NCBI RefSeq assembly: GCF_029265375.1
Contig: NZ_JAJUJJ010000010.1
Location: forward strand, 11,531 to 75,530
Origin: Nesterenkonia sp.
GTDB lineage: Bacteria; Actinomycetota; Actinomycetes; Actinomycetales; Micrococcaceae
Direction: 5' to 3'
Length of the DNA: 64,000 nucleotides
Below the pieces are notes generated by a model. The model saw nothing but the letters and a program-made list of their open reading frames with translations. It did not search any database and had not been told where the DNA came from. This document shows, piece after piece, positions 29,398 to 38,943 of this stretch (position 1 is the first letter of the stretch; every line of letters starts with the position of its first letter). The position numbers and the translations under genes are program-made.

Positions 29398-29904
29398 TCA
29401 GTCCAGGGTGTCGGCCTGCTCCACTGTGGTGTGGATCTGCTCGCAGATAGCGCGCAGATCTTCGGCCTGCGCATCATCCAGCGCGGGGTGAAAGAGTTTC
29501 CGGATGTGCTGAGCGTGGACGGCTGAGGCCTCGGCGAAGACGCGCCGGCCCTCCTGCGTCAGCCGCGCTGTCATGCCGCGCCGGTCGTTCTCGTCGGTGC
29601 AGCGGTCGATCAGTCCGCGCGCGGCCAGCGACTTCACCTGATAGGACAGCCGAGAGGGCGAGAACACCATCTTCTCCGCCAGCTCACCCATGCGCAGCTG
29701 ATTGCCGGTGGCCTCGGAGAGCAGCAGCAGCAGGTTGTAGTCGCTGAGCTTCAGGCCGGTGGCGGCGTGCAGCAGCTTCTCCATCCGGTCGGTGATCAGC
29801 GCGGAGGTTTCGAAGAACGCCCGCCAGGCCCTGGCTTTGGGGGTGAAGCCCGTGAGATCGCGCCCCGAGGTGGGGGGCGCCTGTGCGCCGTGGTCACCAC
29901 TCAC
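29398..29904 (-). CDS. MarR-family transcriptional regulator
   Basis: AWRAF, GLKLSDYNLLLLL, LRMGELA, SRLSYQV, DRRG; GTG 29904 with GGAAGGGA RBS. Confidence 0.88.
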   Translation of the reverse strand: MSGDHGAQAPPTSGRDLTGFTPKARAWRAFFETSALITDRMEKLLHAATGLKLSDYNLLLLLSEATGNQLRMGELAEKMVFSPSRLSYQVKSLAARGLIDRCTDENDRRGMTARLTQEGRRVFAEASAVHAQHIRKLFHPALDDAQAEDLRAICEQIHTTVEQADTLD

Positions 29905-29938
29905 CGAAGCTTCCCTTCCGTCACACATGTTCCTAACA

Positions 29939-29989
29939 GCTGCGGGCCCTATAGGGCAGCTCGTTCAGTCTACCCATAGGGCCCGCAGC
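29939..29989. terminator. Perfect 14-bp inverted repeat between the PepSY and MarR genes
   Basis: gctgcgggccctat (29939-29952) / atagggcccgcagc (29976-29989); a minus-strand TAGACT lies in the loop. Confidence 0.5.
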
Positions 29990-30011
29990 GCAGTCAGGTG
30001 TGGGAGGCGGC

Positions 30012-30669
30012 TCAGCGGTCGACGTTGACCACCTCTGCGTTGGTGACGTCCACGTAGACCTCGACGTCGTTGGTCAGCTCGATCTGGTAGACCACAGTGC
30101 CGTCCTCCTCATCGAGCTCACCGGAGTGGACATCGGCTTCGCCTTCGGTCTCGGCGGCCTCCAGGGCTTCGGCAATGTCGATCTCCACGGCCTGGGCCTT
30201 GCGCTGGTCATCCGAGTCGATGCCATCGTCCTCGGTGTCGATGATCTCGAAGGTTTCTGCGTCGACCTCCAACTCCCACTCGGTGCTGCCGTCGAAGACG
30301 AAGACCTCCACATAGCTGCCCTCGTCGTCGAACTCGGTGATCACCCCGTCGGGATACTCCGCCAGCACGGCCTCCAGGGCCTGGTGGACAGCAGAGTCGC
30401 CGGCCTCACCGGTGGCCTGATCCGTTGCCTCGGCAGTCGGCTCCTCGGTGGCCTCATCAGTCGGCTCGGTCTCCGCCGGTGTGGTCTCCTCTCCGGCGGC
30501 GTCGTCGGGAGTCGCTTCTGTCTGGTCTTCGGTCTCCACCTGGCCCTCGGCGTCACCGGCAGGGGCGTCTTCGGTTTCCTCGGGTGCGCAGGCGGCCAGG
30601 CCCAGCGCGGCGACGGCGGCCACGGACAGAACGGACAGGTACCGGGGGGTGCGTCAACTCAGTGCTCAT
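30012..30669 (-). pseudogene. Acidic PepSY-domain lipoprotein with an apparent +1 frameshift in the signal peptide
   Basis: Lipobox LAAC; two PepSY-like repeats (GELDEEDGTVVYQIEL); the in-frame upstream sequence RTPRYLSVLS hits TGA with no start codon, while ATG 30669 is one base out of frame. Confidence 0.65.
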
Positions 30670-30742
30670 ACACCCATGATTAGTGAGGCAGGCTCACCGC
30701 TGACCGGCAAAACGCTGAAAGGCGGCTGACATGAGAAAAGTC

Positions 30743-33700
30743 TCATGCGGCACGTCTGCCGGTCTCCGTGCCGGCGGCCGGCTTGGGCTGCTGCGCCCAG
30801 CGGTTCTGGTCAGCGCCAGCGGCGGTGTTCTGCCTGTGATCGGGCAGGGCCCACTGCACCAGCACCGGACCTCCTGGGCGAAGGTGAACTGCGCGGCCGG
30901 GCACCGGTTGCTCCAGGACTGGCACGACGACGCCCAGGGCTTCACCCTCGCTGCGGCTGACCGGGCTGAGCAGCACGTTGCTGCCCTGGGCGCGGGCGCG
31001 GTGGGCCCACGGCAGCTGGGTGAGCACGGCCGGCTGCGGGACGGCGGAGGCCACCACGCGCACTCCCTGGGCCAGGGCCTGCTCGATCTGTGCGTGCTCC
31101 TGGTCGGTGCAGCGGTGGGCGTCGTCGATCAGCAGATGATCCGGTCGCTGCTCCAAGGCGCCGATCTGGCCGGTGCCGCCGCGCACCAGCGCCGTGTTCT
31201 GCAGCCGGGCTGCCAGAAGCTGCAGGCAGGTGCTCTTCCCGGTTCCGGGAGACCCGAGAATGAGATTGGCCGGCCCGGGGGTGTATACCGCCGGCGACCA
31301 GTCGAACTGCTGCACCCCGACCACAGCACCCCCACCCGCCTGCGGAGTCCTCGGCAGCTCCGCGACAGGCAGCAGCCCCGGCAGCGGGCGCACCCGCAGC
31401 AGAGGCGCGGCGGCGTCGGGATCGGCGGCTGGAGGTGGGGCAGAGGTGACCAGCTGAACGGTCAATCCCGGCGAACCCACGCTGGGGCTGATCAGCACCC
31501 CGCGGCCGGGGAGCGGCTCGCAGGTGCGCAGCTGGGGCCACAGGTAGGTGACCTCCTGGCTGGAGGCGAAGGGCAGGTAGACCTTATGCGGGATGCGGCC
31601 CGCCAGCCGGCCGACGGCCAACTCCCGACCGCCGCTGAGCAGCACCGAGATCCCGCCCTGTGGTCCCTCCGCGGCGAGCGTGCCCAGATCATGCTCCCAG
31701 CCGGCGGCCGCACTGGACTGAGCCAACGCCGCCCACTGGCTGTAACCGGTCACCACCAGCAGCAGCGGCCGGCCGGCACAGCCAGGATCGAGACGACGTC
31801 GTGACAGCTCCTGGCACAGCTGGCGCAGACAATGGGCGGCCTCGGCCGCGTCCTCCTCGGTCAGCCAGGCGCCCACTCGGGGATGGTCGGCCAGGCCCGC
31901 CAGGCTGCGGTCGCCGTCGAACAGATACACATCCGCTTCTTCCCGGGCCTGGAAAGCGGCCATGAACTGGGCAGCGGCGGCGGCAGCGGCTGCCGAACCC
32001 GAGGCCGGAGCCTCGCCGATGAATGCCCAGCACTGAGGTTCCGCCGGATCAAGCCTCAGGTCACGCTGCTGCTGGGCAGCCGGGTCGTCGATGCGACCCA
32101 GCAGGACAGTTCCGGGCATCGGTGTCAGCTCCTCGTGAGCCTCCAGATGGTCGGGAAGCGGCGGAAGCAGCGGCGTGTGCCGGCGCCGCTGGCCGCGTCG
32201 GTCAAGCTCCTCTCGCAGCATGGCGACGATCTGGCCGGTGTGCGTGAGTGGGCCGTGCTCGGAGTGCGGGGACTGCGCGTCGGATCCACTCGCTCCCGGG
32301 GCGTCTGCGCTGCGGTGCTGCGAGGACCCGGTCGGAAACTTAGGCGCCAGACGCAGCGGAGCCTTGGCGGCCTGCAGCAGCGCCGTCTGAAACTCGGTGA
32401 CCGGCTCACCGGGACGTCGCAGCAGCGCCCGTCCTGGAAGACGGCGGGAGATCGATGCAGCGGTGGGCTCTCCGATGACGTCGCGGGACTCATCCTCGCT
32501 GCGCATCCGCAGCGCGATGCTGGCCCCGATATTCGCCCGAATGTCTGCGGTGACCACTCCCTGCGGGCGCTGCGTGGAAAGCACCAGATGCAGTCCCAGG
32601 GAGCGGCCGAGCGTCGCCAGACGCATCAGTTCATCCAGCTGATCGGGCAGTTCGTGGGCGAAGATCCGGAACTCATCGATGACCACCAGCATTCGCGGCA
32701 GAGGATCTGAACCGGGCTTTCTGCGGTATTCGCCGTAGTCGCCGGCCCCGGCGGCGAGGAACAGGCGCTCCCGGCGGGTCAGTTCGCTGCGAATGCCTTC
32801 CAGAGTGCGTTCGGCCGCTGCCTGAGAAAGGTCAGTCACGACCCCCAGCACATGCTCCAGCTCCGCCATCTGGTGGAAGGCGGCCCCTCCTTTGAAATCG
32901 ATCAGGACCAGGGCCAGCTCCTCGGGCCCGTAGCGGGCGCACATCGACAGCAGAATCGTCTTCAGCAGCTCAGACTTTCCCGAGCCGGTGGTTCCGGCGA
33001 TGAGCGTGTGCGGCCCATCTTCAACCAGATCCAGCTGCTGCCCGCCTGTGCGGCCCGGTCCCAGTACCGCCAGGAGGGAGTTGACTGCGCTGCCGCACAG
33101 CAGAGGGCCCTGGAGGGGCTGCGCAGCGTGATCGGGCAGCTGGCTGCTGAGGGCGCCCTGACGAAGGTGACGCAGTGCCAGCCGGCTGAGCTGGCGAAAG
33201 GTGGAGACGCTGAGACCGTCGAAGCGCAGGGCTTCGGCCTCCGGGCGGTCCAGGTCGCTGGTCTCCGCGGCGGCGGTGCGCCGTCGGATGCGGCGTTCTG
33301 CCAGGTCGATGCTCCAGCCCGGCATCCCTGCGCCACGAGCCGGTCCCGCGCCCGGGAGGATCAGATGCCAGCCCGAACGGCGCAGCCGCTCGGTCTCCGT
33401 CTGCTCCAGGGGGCGGCTGCTGATCAGCACGGCGCTGCCTGCGACCGGAGGGTCGCCGATCTGCTCGCTGGCGAGGCGCAGGTGGCAGCGATGGGCATCG
33501 CGCAGCTCAGGAATCCACAGGCCGTCATCCTCCCTGCTGAGCACCGTGATGTGAGTGGGGACAGGACTCAGCAGCAGCTGCAGCAGAATCCAACGCAGCA
33601 GCCGGTGAGTCTCCCGGTCAGGACCGCAGATGAGCGTCACCTCTGCTGCGGTGAGATCCAATCCGGCGGCGGTCTCGACCTCAGTCTCGCGGCCGGCAGA

Positions 33701-34717
33701 GCTCGCATCGACCAGGGCCTGGAGCCGGCCCCGGCCCGCTCGCACGGCAGGGTGCTCCGCCGCACTGGAACCCAGTGTGACGTTGGCCGATCCGCTGCGC
33801 AGAAGTTCGGCAGCCCGGCCGGGAGAGGGAAGGACCTGGTCGTTGGCCGCAGCCCATTCGGAGGCAGCCTGGGCCACTGCCCGTCGGTAGCGGACTCGGC
33901 GTCGACGCCCCTGCAGGAAGATGGCCGAGGCCACCAGGGCGCTGGCGGCACTGAACAGCAGGAAGAACCACATGCCGGTCACCACCACCAGGACGATGCC
34001 GGCCGCCAACGGTACGAAAGCGAAAGCGAGCATCATGGTGTGGCGCGCTTCCGGTTCGCGTTCGCCCACGCTCACTTCCTCGGGTGGCCAAGCCCCCGGC
34101 AGGTGCGGATCGGGCGCCTCGAGGCTGAGCCGGAGGACGCTGTCCCCGCGCTCCAGGGCCTCGCCGGCGGTGATCTCGCACCCGGGGTCCTGAGCGTCCT
34201 TCCTCAGCCGGACTTCGCGAACCCCGACATCCAGAAGCGCCTCCTGTCTGGAGAGTGCGGCATCGGCAATCGGCACATCGGTGCGTCCGCGCCCAATCGT
34301 GCAGCGGCCCCGGCGCAGCGGAATCAGCCGCCCGGAGTCGGGACCGGCCTCCACGCAGAGCGAGAGACCCGGACTCCGCAGGGGATTCAGCTCAGCACCG
34401 GGTCGGCTGAGGAGAACCACCATTCCAGGGTGAATGAGCTCAGAACCGGCAGGCAGCTCGTGAAGAAGGCGTCCGTCCACGCTGAGCTGCAGCTGGGGAC
34501 ATTCAGCACCGAGCACAGTCTCCACCCAGCCGCGCACGGCCGCGGCAAGCTGCCGGCCGGTGATGAGATGGGGCACCGCTGCTGCATCCGCAGTGAGCCG
34601 GAGAGCATGTGGGTCCTCGGCGGGCGCGGCGCGCCGAAGTCGGCGCCATTGGGCGGAGCTCACCGCCCCTGGAGCGTGCACGAGGCTCAGCGAGAATCGC
34701 ACATCCAATCTCCTCAT
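30743..34717 (-). CDS. FHA-domain, 2-TM, FtsK/SpoIIIE triple-ATPase protein (EssC/EccC-like)
   Basis: FHA (TIGRG...LSRQEA), TM pair, GTTGSGKSELL / VVIDEF / GRSLGLHLVLSTQRP, degenerate second domain, GSPGTGKS third domain; TAGTGT-N7-ATG. Confidence 0.88.
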   Translation of the reverse strand: MRRLDVRFSLSLVHAPGAVSSAQWRRLRRAAPAEDPHALRLTADAAAVPHLITGRQLAAAVRGWVETVLGAECPQLQLSVDGRLLHELPAGSELIHPGMVVLLSRPGAELNPLRSPGLSLCVEAGPDSGRLIPLRRGRCTIGRGRTDVPIADAALSRQEALLDVGVREVRLRKDAQDPGCEITAGEALERGDSVLRLSLEAPDPHLPGAWPPEEVSVGEREPEARHTMMLAFAFVPLAAGIVLVVVTGMWFFLLFSAASALVASAIFLQGRRRRVRYRRAVAQAASEWAAANDQVLPSPGRAAELLRSGSANVTLGSSAAEHPAVRAGRGRLQALVDASSAGRETEVETAAGLDLTAAEVTLICGPDRETHRLLRWILLQLLLSPVPTHITVLSREDDGLWIPELRDAHRCHLRLASEQIGDPPVAGSAVLISSRPLEQTETERLRRSGWHLILPGAGPARGAGMPGWSIDLAERRIRRRTAAAETSDLDRPEAEALRFDGLSVSTFRQLSRLALRHLRQGALSSQLPDHAAQPLQGPLLCGSAVNSLLAVLGPGRTGGQQLDLVEDGPHTLIAGTTGSGKSELLKTILLSMCARYGPEELALVLIDFKGGAAFHQMAELEHVLGVVTDLSQAAAERTLEGIRSELTRRERLFLAAGAGDYGEYRRKPGSDPLPRMLVVIDEFRIFAHELPDQLDELMRLATLGRSLGLHLVLSTQRPQGVVTADIRANIGASIALRMRSEDESRDVIGEPTAASISRRLPGRALLRRPGEPVTEFQTALLQAAKAPLRLAPKFPTGSSQHRSADAPGASGSDAQSPHSEHGPLTHTGQIVAMLREELDRRGQRRRHTPLLPPLPDHLEAHEELTPMPGTVLLGRIDDPAAQQQRDLRLDPAEPQCWAFIGEAPASGSAAAAAAAAQFMAAFQAREEADVYLFDGDRSLAGLADHPRVGAWLTEEDAAEAAHCLRQLCQELSRRRLDPGCAGRPLLLVVTGYSQWAALAQSSAAAGWEHDLGTLAAEGPQGGISVLLSGGRELAVGRLAGRIPHKVYLPFASSQEVTYLWPQLRTCEPLPGRGVLISPSVGSPGLTVQLVTSAPPPAADPDAAAPLLRVRPLPGLLPVAELPRTPQAGGGAVVGVQQFDWSPAVYTPGPANLILGSPGTGKSTCLQLLAARLQNTALVRGGTGQIGALEQRPDHLLIDDAHRCTDQEHAQIEQALAQGVRVVASAVPQPAVLTQLPWAHRARAQGSNVLLSPVSRSEGEALGVVVPVLEQPVPGRAVHLRPGGPVLVQWALPDHRQNTAAGADQNRWAQQPKPAAGTETGRRAA

Positions 34718-34788
34718 ACTCTTGACACTACGACTACATGGCGGGAAACTACATCAAAAGTAACCAAAAGTCAGTGCAAGGTCCCATT

Positions 34789-34816
34789 TGTGGATAAGGC
34801 GAGAACTTTCTCCACA
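34789..34816. promoter_or_regulatory. Inverted pair of DnaA-box-like 9-mers
   Basis: TGTGGATAA (perfect, 34789-34797) and TTCTCCACA (one mismatch, 34808-34816). Confidence 0.45.
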
Positions 34817-34930
34817 AGTGCTGGGCAGGGGCTACCCGAAGTCTCAACGTGTCGCTAGGGTGGTGAGGCAACAACGCCTCAGCATCGTCCAGCAGTCGGT
34901 ACATGACACGCGATTGGAAGGAGAGCGCTG

Positions 34931-36148
34931 GTGGACGCACTTGCCGTCGTCGAAGAACAGGTGCGTGAAACCATCCGTGCTCGCGGGATTGATCCGGCCG
35001 AAGACACCGAGACGGTACGAAGCATTGTGGAGGCGGCCGTGGCGGAGTATGACCGGCGCTCTATGGTCTCTTCGCTCCCGCTGCTGGGGGATGTGAATCA
35101 GGCGGCTTCGAAGATCTTCGACGCCGTCGCGGGCTTCGGCGAACTGCAGCCGCTGCTGGACGATCCGGAGATCTCAGAGATCTGGTGGAACCAGCCCGGC
35201 CAGGTCTTCGTGGAGCGGCGGGGGCATCCGGAGCTGACCTCGGTGTCGCTGAGCCGAGCCATGGTGCGGGATCTGGTGGAGCGCATGCTGAAGTCCTCAG
35301 GCCGGCGGCTGGACCTGTCCTCGCCGTTCGTCGATGCCGCACTGCCGGACGGTTCCCGACTTCACGTCGTGATCCCAGACATCACCCGCCGCGAGTGGGC
35401 GGTCAATATTCGGAAGTTCATCGCCCGGGCCAGCTCGCTGCAGGACCTGGTGTCCTGGAACTCCCTGACACCCCAGGCCGCGGAGTTCCTGGGGCACTGC
35501 GTGGCAGCCGGGCTGAACATTCTGGTCTCCGGGGCCACCGGTGCCGGCAAGACGACGATGCTCAACGCGCTCACCGGGTCGATCGGCCCCCGTGAGCGTG
35601 TGGTGACGGTGGAGGAGATCTTCGAGCTGCAGGTGCCACTGCGGGATGTGGTCGGGCTGCAGTGCCGCCAGCCGAATCTTGAAGGCCGCGGAGAGATCCC
35701 CCTGCGCCGGCTGGTCAAGGAGGCACTGCGCATGCGGCCGGACAGACTCATCGTCGGGGAGGTGCGCGAGGCCGAGAGCCTGGACATGCTTGTAGCGCTC
35801 AATGCCGGGCTTCCGGGGATGTGCAGCCTGCACGCGAACTCTGCCCAGGACGCCCTGACAAAGATCTGCACGCTGCCGCTGATGGCCGGAGAGAACATCT
35901 CCCGCAGCTTCATCGTGCCGACGGTGGCCTCCTGCATCGACCTGGTCGTTCACTGCGTACGAGGTGCTCAGGGCCGCTATGTGCAGGAGATCCTCGGGGT
36001 CGGCTCCCGCGTAGAGGACGGAACTATTGAGACCACCACGCTGTTCAGCCATGACGGCCAGCAGCTGCGCCCCCGTCCCGGAGCAGTCTTCGAAGACAGG
36101 AGGCTCAACGGTCGGGCGCGCTCTCTGCTCCAGGAGGCCGTCACATGA
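34931..36148 (+). CDS. tadA: Tad pilus assembly ATPase CpaF/TadA
   Basis: GATGAGKTT, VTVEEIFEL, ALRMRPDRLIVGEVR, SLHANS. Confidence 0.93.
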   Translation: MDALAVVEEQVRETIRARGIDPAEDTETVRSIVEAAVAEYDRRSMVSSLPLLGDVNQAASKIFDAVAGFGELQPLLDDPEISEIWWNQPGQVFVERRGHPELTSVSLSRAMVRDLVERMLKSSGRRLDLSSPFVDAALPDGSRLHVVIPDITRREWAVNIRKFIARASSLQDLVSWNSLTPQAAEFLGHCVAAGLNILVSGATGAGKTTMLNALTGSIGPRERVVTVEEIFELQVPLRDVVGLQCRQPNLEGRGEIPLRRLVKEALRMRPDRLIVGEVREAESLDMLVALNAGLPGMCSLHANSAQDALTKICTLPLMAGENISRSFIVPTVASCIDLVVHCVRGAQGRYVQEILGVGSRVEDGTIETTTLFSHDGQQLRPRPGAVFEDRRLNGRARSLLQEAVT

Positions 36149-37014
36149 TGTGGCTTCCTGCGGCGGCGGCCGGACTCGGCCTGGGAACAGGACTCCTGCT
36201 GATCTTCGGATCGCTGACCTCGGAGCGGGCCAGTTCCGCCAGACAGCGCCGCGCGTCGCGCCGGATCCGCACACTCCTGGACCAAGCCGGGCATCAGAAC
36301 CTGCCTGTCTCGGCTCCGGTGACGGCCACCGCTCTGAGTGCCCTGGCGGGCTTCGCGGCGGTCTATACGCTGACCCGCACCGGGCCGGTAGCGCTGTGCT
36401 TCGCGCTCTTCGCCTCTGCTCTGCCGTGGGTGGTGCTGCGCTGGCAGGCCTCACGACGGCGGGAGGCCCTGGCGGAGGTCTGGCCGGATGTGGTGGACCA
36501 CCTGCGCTCAGCGATCCGCTCGGGGCTCTCCCTGCCGGAGGGTCTGATGGAGCTCGGCCGCGCAGGCCCGGAGCCGCTCCGCGAGCCGTTCGCTGACTTC
36601 TCCCGGGATTGGCGGTCCGGGATGGCGATGGGCCCGGCCCTTGCCCGGCTGAAGGACCGCCTCGCCGATCCGGTCGGAGACAGAATCATCATGGCACTGC
36701 AGATCACCCGGGAACTGGGCGGCACCGACCTGGGGAGGCTGCTGGGGACCTTGGCGGACGTCCTGCGGGAGAACGCCCGGACCCGCAGTGAGCTCCGCGC
36801 CCGGCAGTCCTGGACTGTCAATGGGGCGCGCATCGCGGTGGCAGCTCCGTGGTTCGTGGTCCTGCTGCTGGCGACCCGCCCTGAAGCAGCCGAAGCGTAT
36901 CGCGGACCTGCCGGGATGGCAGTACTCGGTGCCGGTCTGCTGGTCTCAGTGATCTGCTACCGCATCATGCTGCGCATCGGCGCCCTGCCGCGTGAGGAGC
37001 GGGTGCTGGTATGA
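36145..37014 (+). CDS. tadB: Tad inner-membrane platform protein (T2SSF) TadB
   Basis: WPDVVDHLRSAIRSGLSL, ELGGTDLGRLL; TM pattern; ATGA overlap. Confidence 0.88.
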   Translation: MMWLPAAAAGLGLGTGLLLIFGSLTSERASSARQRRASRRIRTLLDQAGHQNLPVSAPVTATALSALAGFAAVYTLTRTGPVALCFALFASALPWVVLRWQASRRREALAEVWPDVVDHLRSAIRSGLSLPEGLMELGRAGPEPLREPFADFSRDWRSGMAMGPALARLKDRLADPVGDRIIMALQITRELGGTDLGRLLGTLADVLRENARTRSELRARQSWTVNGARIAVAAPWFVVLLLATRPEAAEAYRGPAGMAVLGAGLLVSVICYRIMLRIGALPREERVLV

Positions 37015-37943
37015 GTGCACCGCTGATGTGGGCAGCCCTGGCCGATATCGCTGGAGCCGCCGGCCTCCTGCTGGCTATTCGGGCACTGCCCATCCTGAGC
37101 CAGCCGCGCATGGTCGAGCGCATTGCGCCCTATGTCCGCTCGTCCCTTCCCCCTGAGGCAGAACTGCGGCCGCCCGCAGCCTCCCTAGGCGCCGCAGCAC
37201 AGATCCTGACACCGACCCTCAACGTCGCGCTTCGGCAGCTCGACCGGTTCAGCGTCAACCAAGATCAGCTCCGCCGCCGACTGGTCCAGGCCGGCTTGGA
37301 GCTCAGCGTGTCCGACTACCGGCTGCAGCAGCTGATCAGTGCCGCCGCGGCGGCCGGCATCGCGCTGCTGGCTGTGCTGGTCTCGGCCGCCGCCGGACGA
37401 TTCCAGCTGCTGATGGCAGCGGCAGCGGTCACCGCCGCGGCCATCATAGGAATCTTGCTGCGGGACCAGGCGCTGGCCGCCCGGATCCGGCGGCGGCGCG
37501 CCCGCATGATTGCAGAGTTTCCTACCATTGCGGAAATGCTCGCCCTGGCCGTCAGCGCGGGTGAGAGCGCCCCGGGAGCCTTTGAGCGGATCAGCCGCAC
37601 CGCCCGCGGAGAACTCGCCGGCGAGTTCTCGCAGGTCATCCGCCACGTCAAAGCAGGGGAGACCTTCACCGAGGCGCTGCGGGCGCTCAGCAGTCACACT
37701 GACGTCCCGCAGATCGCACGCTTCCTTGAAGGTTTGGTGGTCGCCGTTGAGCGCGGCACACCGCTGGCCGAGGTTCTTCGCGCTCAGGCAGCCGATGTGC
37801 GGGAAGTCTCCAAGCGTGAACTCATGGAGGCGGCTGGGCGCAAGGAGATCGGGATGCTGGTTCCGGTCGTCTTCGGGATCCTACCGCTGACCATCATCTT
37901 CGCCATCTTCCCGGGGCTTTCCCTGCTTCAGATAGGACTGTGA
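37011..37943 (+). CDS. tadC: Tad inner-membrane platform protein (T2SSF) TadC
   Basis: EFPTIAEMLALAVSAGE, ERGTPLAEVLRAQA, C-terminal TM. Confidence 0.88.
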   Translation: MSAPLMWAALADIAGAAGLLLAIRALPILSQPRMVERIAPYVRSSLPPEAELRPPAASLGAAAQILTPTLNVALRQLDRFSVNQDQLRRRLVQAGLELSVSDYRLQQLISAAAAAGIALLAVLVSAAAGRFQLLMAAAAVTAAAIIGILLRDQALAARIRRRRARMIAEFPTIAEMLALAVSAGESAPGAFERISRTARGELAGEFSQVIRHVKAGETFTEALRALSSHTDVPQIARFLEGLVVAVERGTPLAEVLRAQAADVREVSKRELMEAAGRKEIGMLVPVVFGILPLTIIFAIFPGLSLLQIGL

Positions 37944-37971
37944 CTCACCACTGAAACGAAAGGAAGAACTC

Positions 37972-38145
37972 ATGTCACGCCTGAGGAACCACTTCGCTCA
38001 GCTGCTCGCCGAGGACCGCGGCGACGTGCCGGGGTGGGTGATGATCACGCTGATGAGCGCGGTGCTGGTCGCCGGCCTCCTCGCCCTGGCCGCCCCAGCA
38101 TTCGAAGGCCTGTTCAATCAGGCGATCGACCAAGTCAGCCGGTGA
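37972..38145 (+). CDS. Small Flp-like pilin, 57 aa (not in the ORF track)
   Basis: AAAGGAAG RBS; MSRLRNHFAQLLAEDRG|DVPGWVMITLMSAVLVAGLLALAAPAFEGLFNQAIDQVSR; stop overlaps the next GTG. Confidence 0.8.
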   Translation: MSRLRNHFAQLLAEDRGDVPGWVMITLMSAVLVAGLLALAAPAFEGLFNQAIDQVSR

Positions 38146-38534
38146 GTCTCCGCGGCCGCCGAGCGCCGGACGAGCGGGGGTCGGCCACTGCTGAATTCAG
38201 CATGATCGCCGCCCTGCTGGTGGCACTGTCTTTGGCCGTGGTGCAGATCGCCGGCATGGTCCACGTGCGCAACACCCTCATCGACGCCGCCTCCACCGGT
38301 GCCCGGTTCGCCGCCCTGCACGACCGGACTGCAGAAGACGGCCTCGAGCGCACCCGAGCGTTGATCGCCAGTTCGATCTCCGACAGGTATGCCAGAGACA
38401 TCCGCTACGACTACCGCAGCGCGGAGGATGGGCGCGTCGTCCGGATCACCGTGCGCGCCCAATACCCGGTTCTGGGGATCTTCGGCGGCGTCGGCGAGAT
38501 GGAGGTGACGGGCAGCGCCTATGAGTATCCGTGA
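38142..38534 (+). CDS. TadE-like pseudopilin
   Basis: DERG|SATAEF prepilin motif plus TM plus DAASTGAR. Confidence 0.85.
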   Translation: MSLRGRRAPDERGSATAEFSMIAALLVALSLAVVQIAGMVHVRNTLIDAASTGARFAALHDRTAEDGLERTRALIASSISDRYARDIRYDYRSAEDGRVVRITVRAQYPVLGIFGGVGEMEVTGSAYEYP

Positions 38535-38943
38535 CGAATCCGGCTCCGCACTGGTGGAGTTCATCGGCCTGGGCACCCTGCTGCTGATTCCGGCGGTCTG
38601 GTTCCTGCTCGCCGTCGCGCAGGTACAAGCCGCCTCCTACGCTGCGGTGGGCGCCGCGGATCAGGCCACCAAGATGTATGTCGCCGCCGGGGTCCCGGAG
38701 CCGGAGCGTGCCGCCCGCAGCGAAGCCGCCGTCGCCGCGGCCCTGGACGACTTCGGCCTCAGCACCGAGCAGAGCCAGCTGCACCGCGACTGCAGCCCGA
38801 ACTGCACCAGCGAGGGCGCGGTGATCAGCCACACCGTGGAGATCCACGTACCGGTGCCGCTGCTGCCGCACCCGCCCGGATTCGAACACCGCCTGGTCAC
38901 CGTGACCGCCACCGCCTCCGACATCAGGACCGACAGCCCATGA
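38521..38943 (+). CDS. TadE/TadF-like pseudopilin
   Basis: DESG|SALVEF prepilin motif plus TM. Confidence 0.85.
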   Translation: MSIRDESGSALVEFIGLGTLLLIPAVWFLLAVAQVQAASYAAVGAADQATKMYVAAGVPEPERAARSEAAVAAALDDFGLSTEQSQLHRDCSPNCTSEGAVISHTVEIHVPVPLLPHPPGFEHRLVTVTATASDIRTDSP

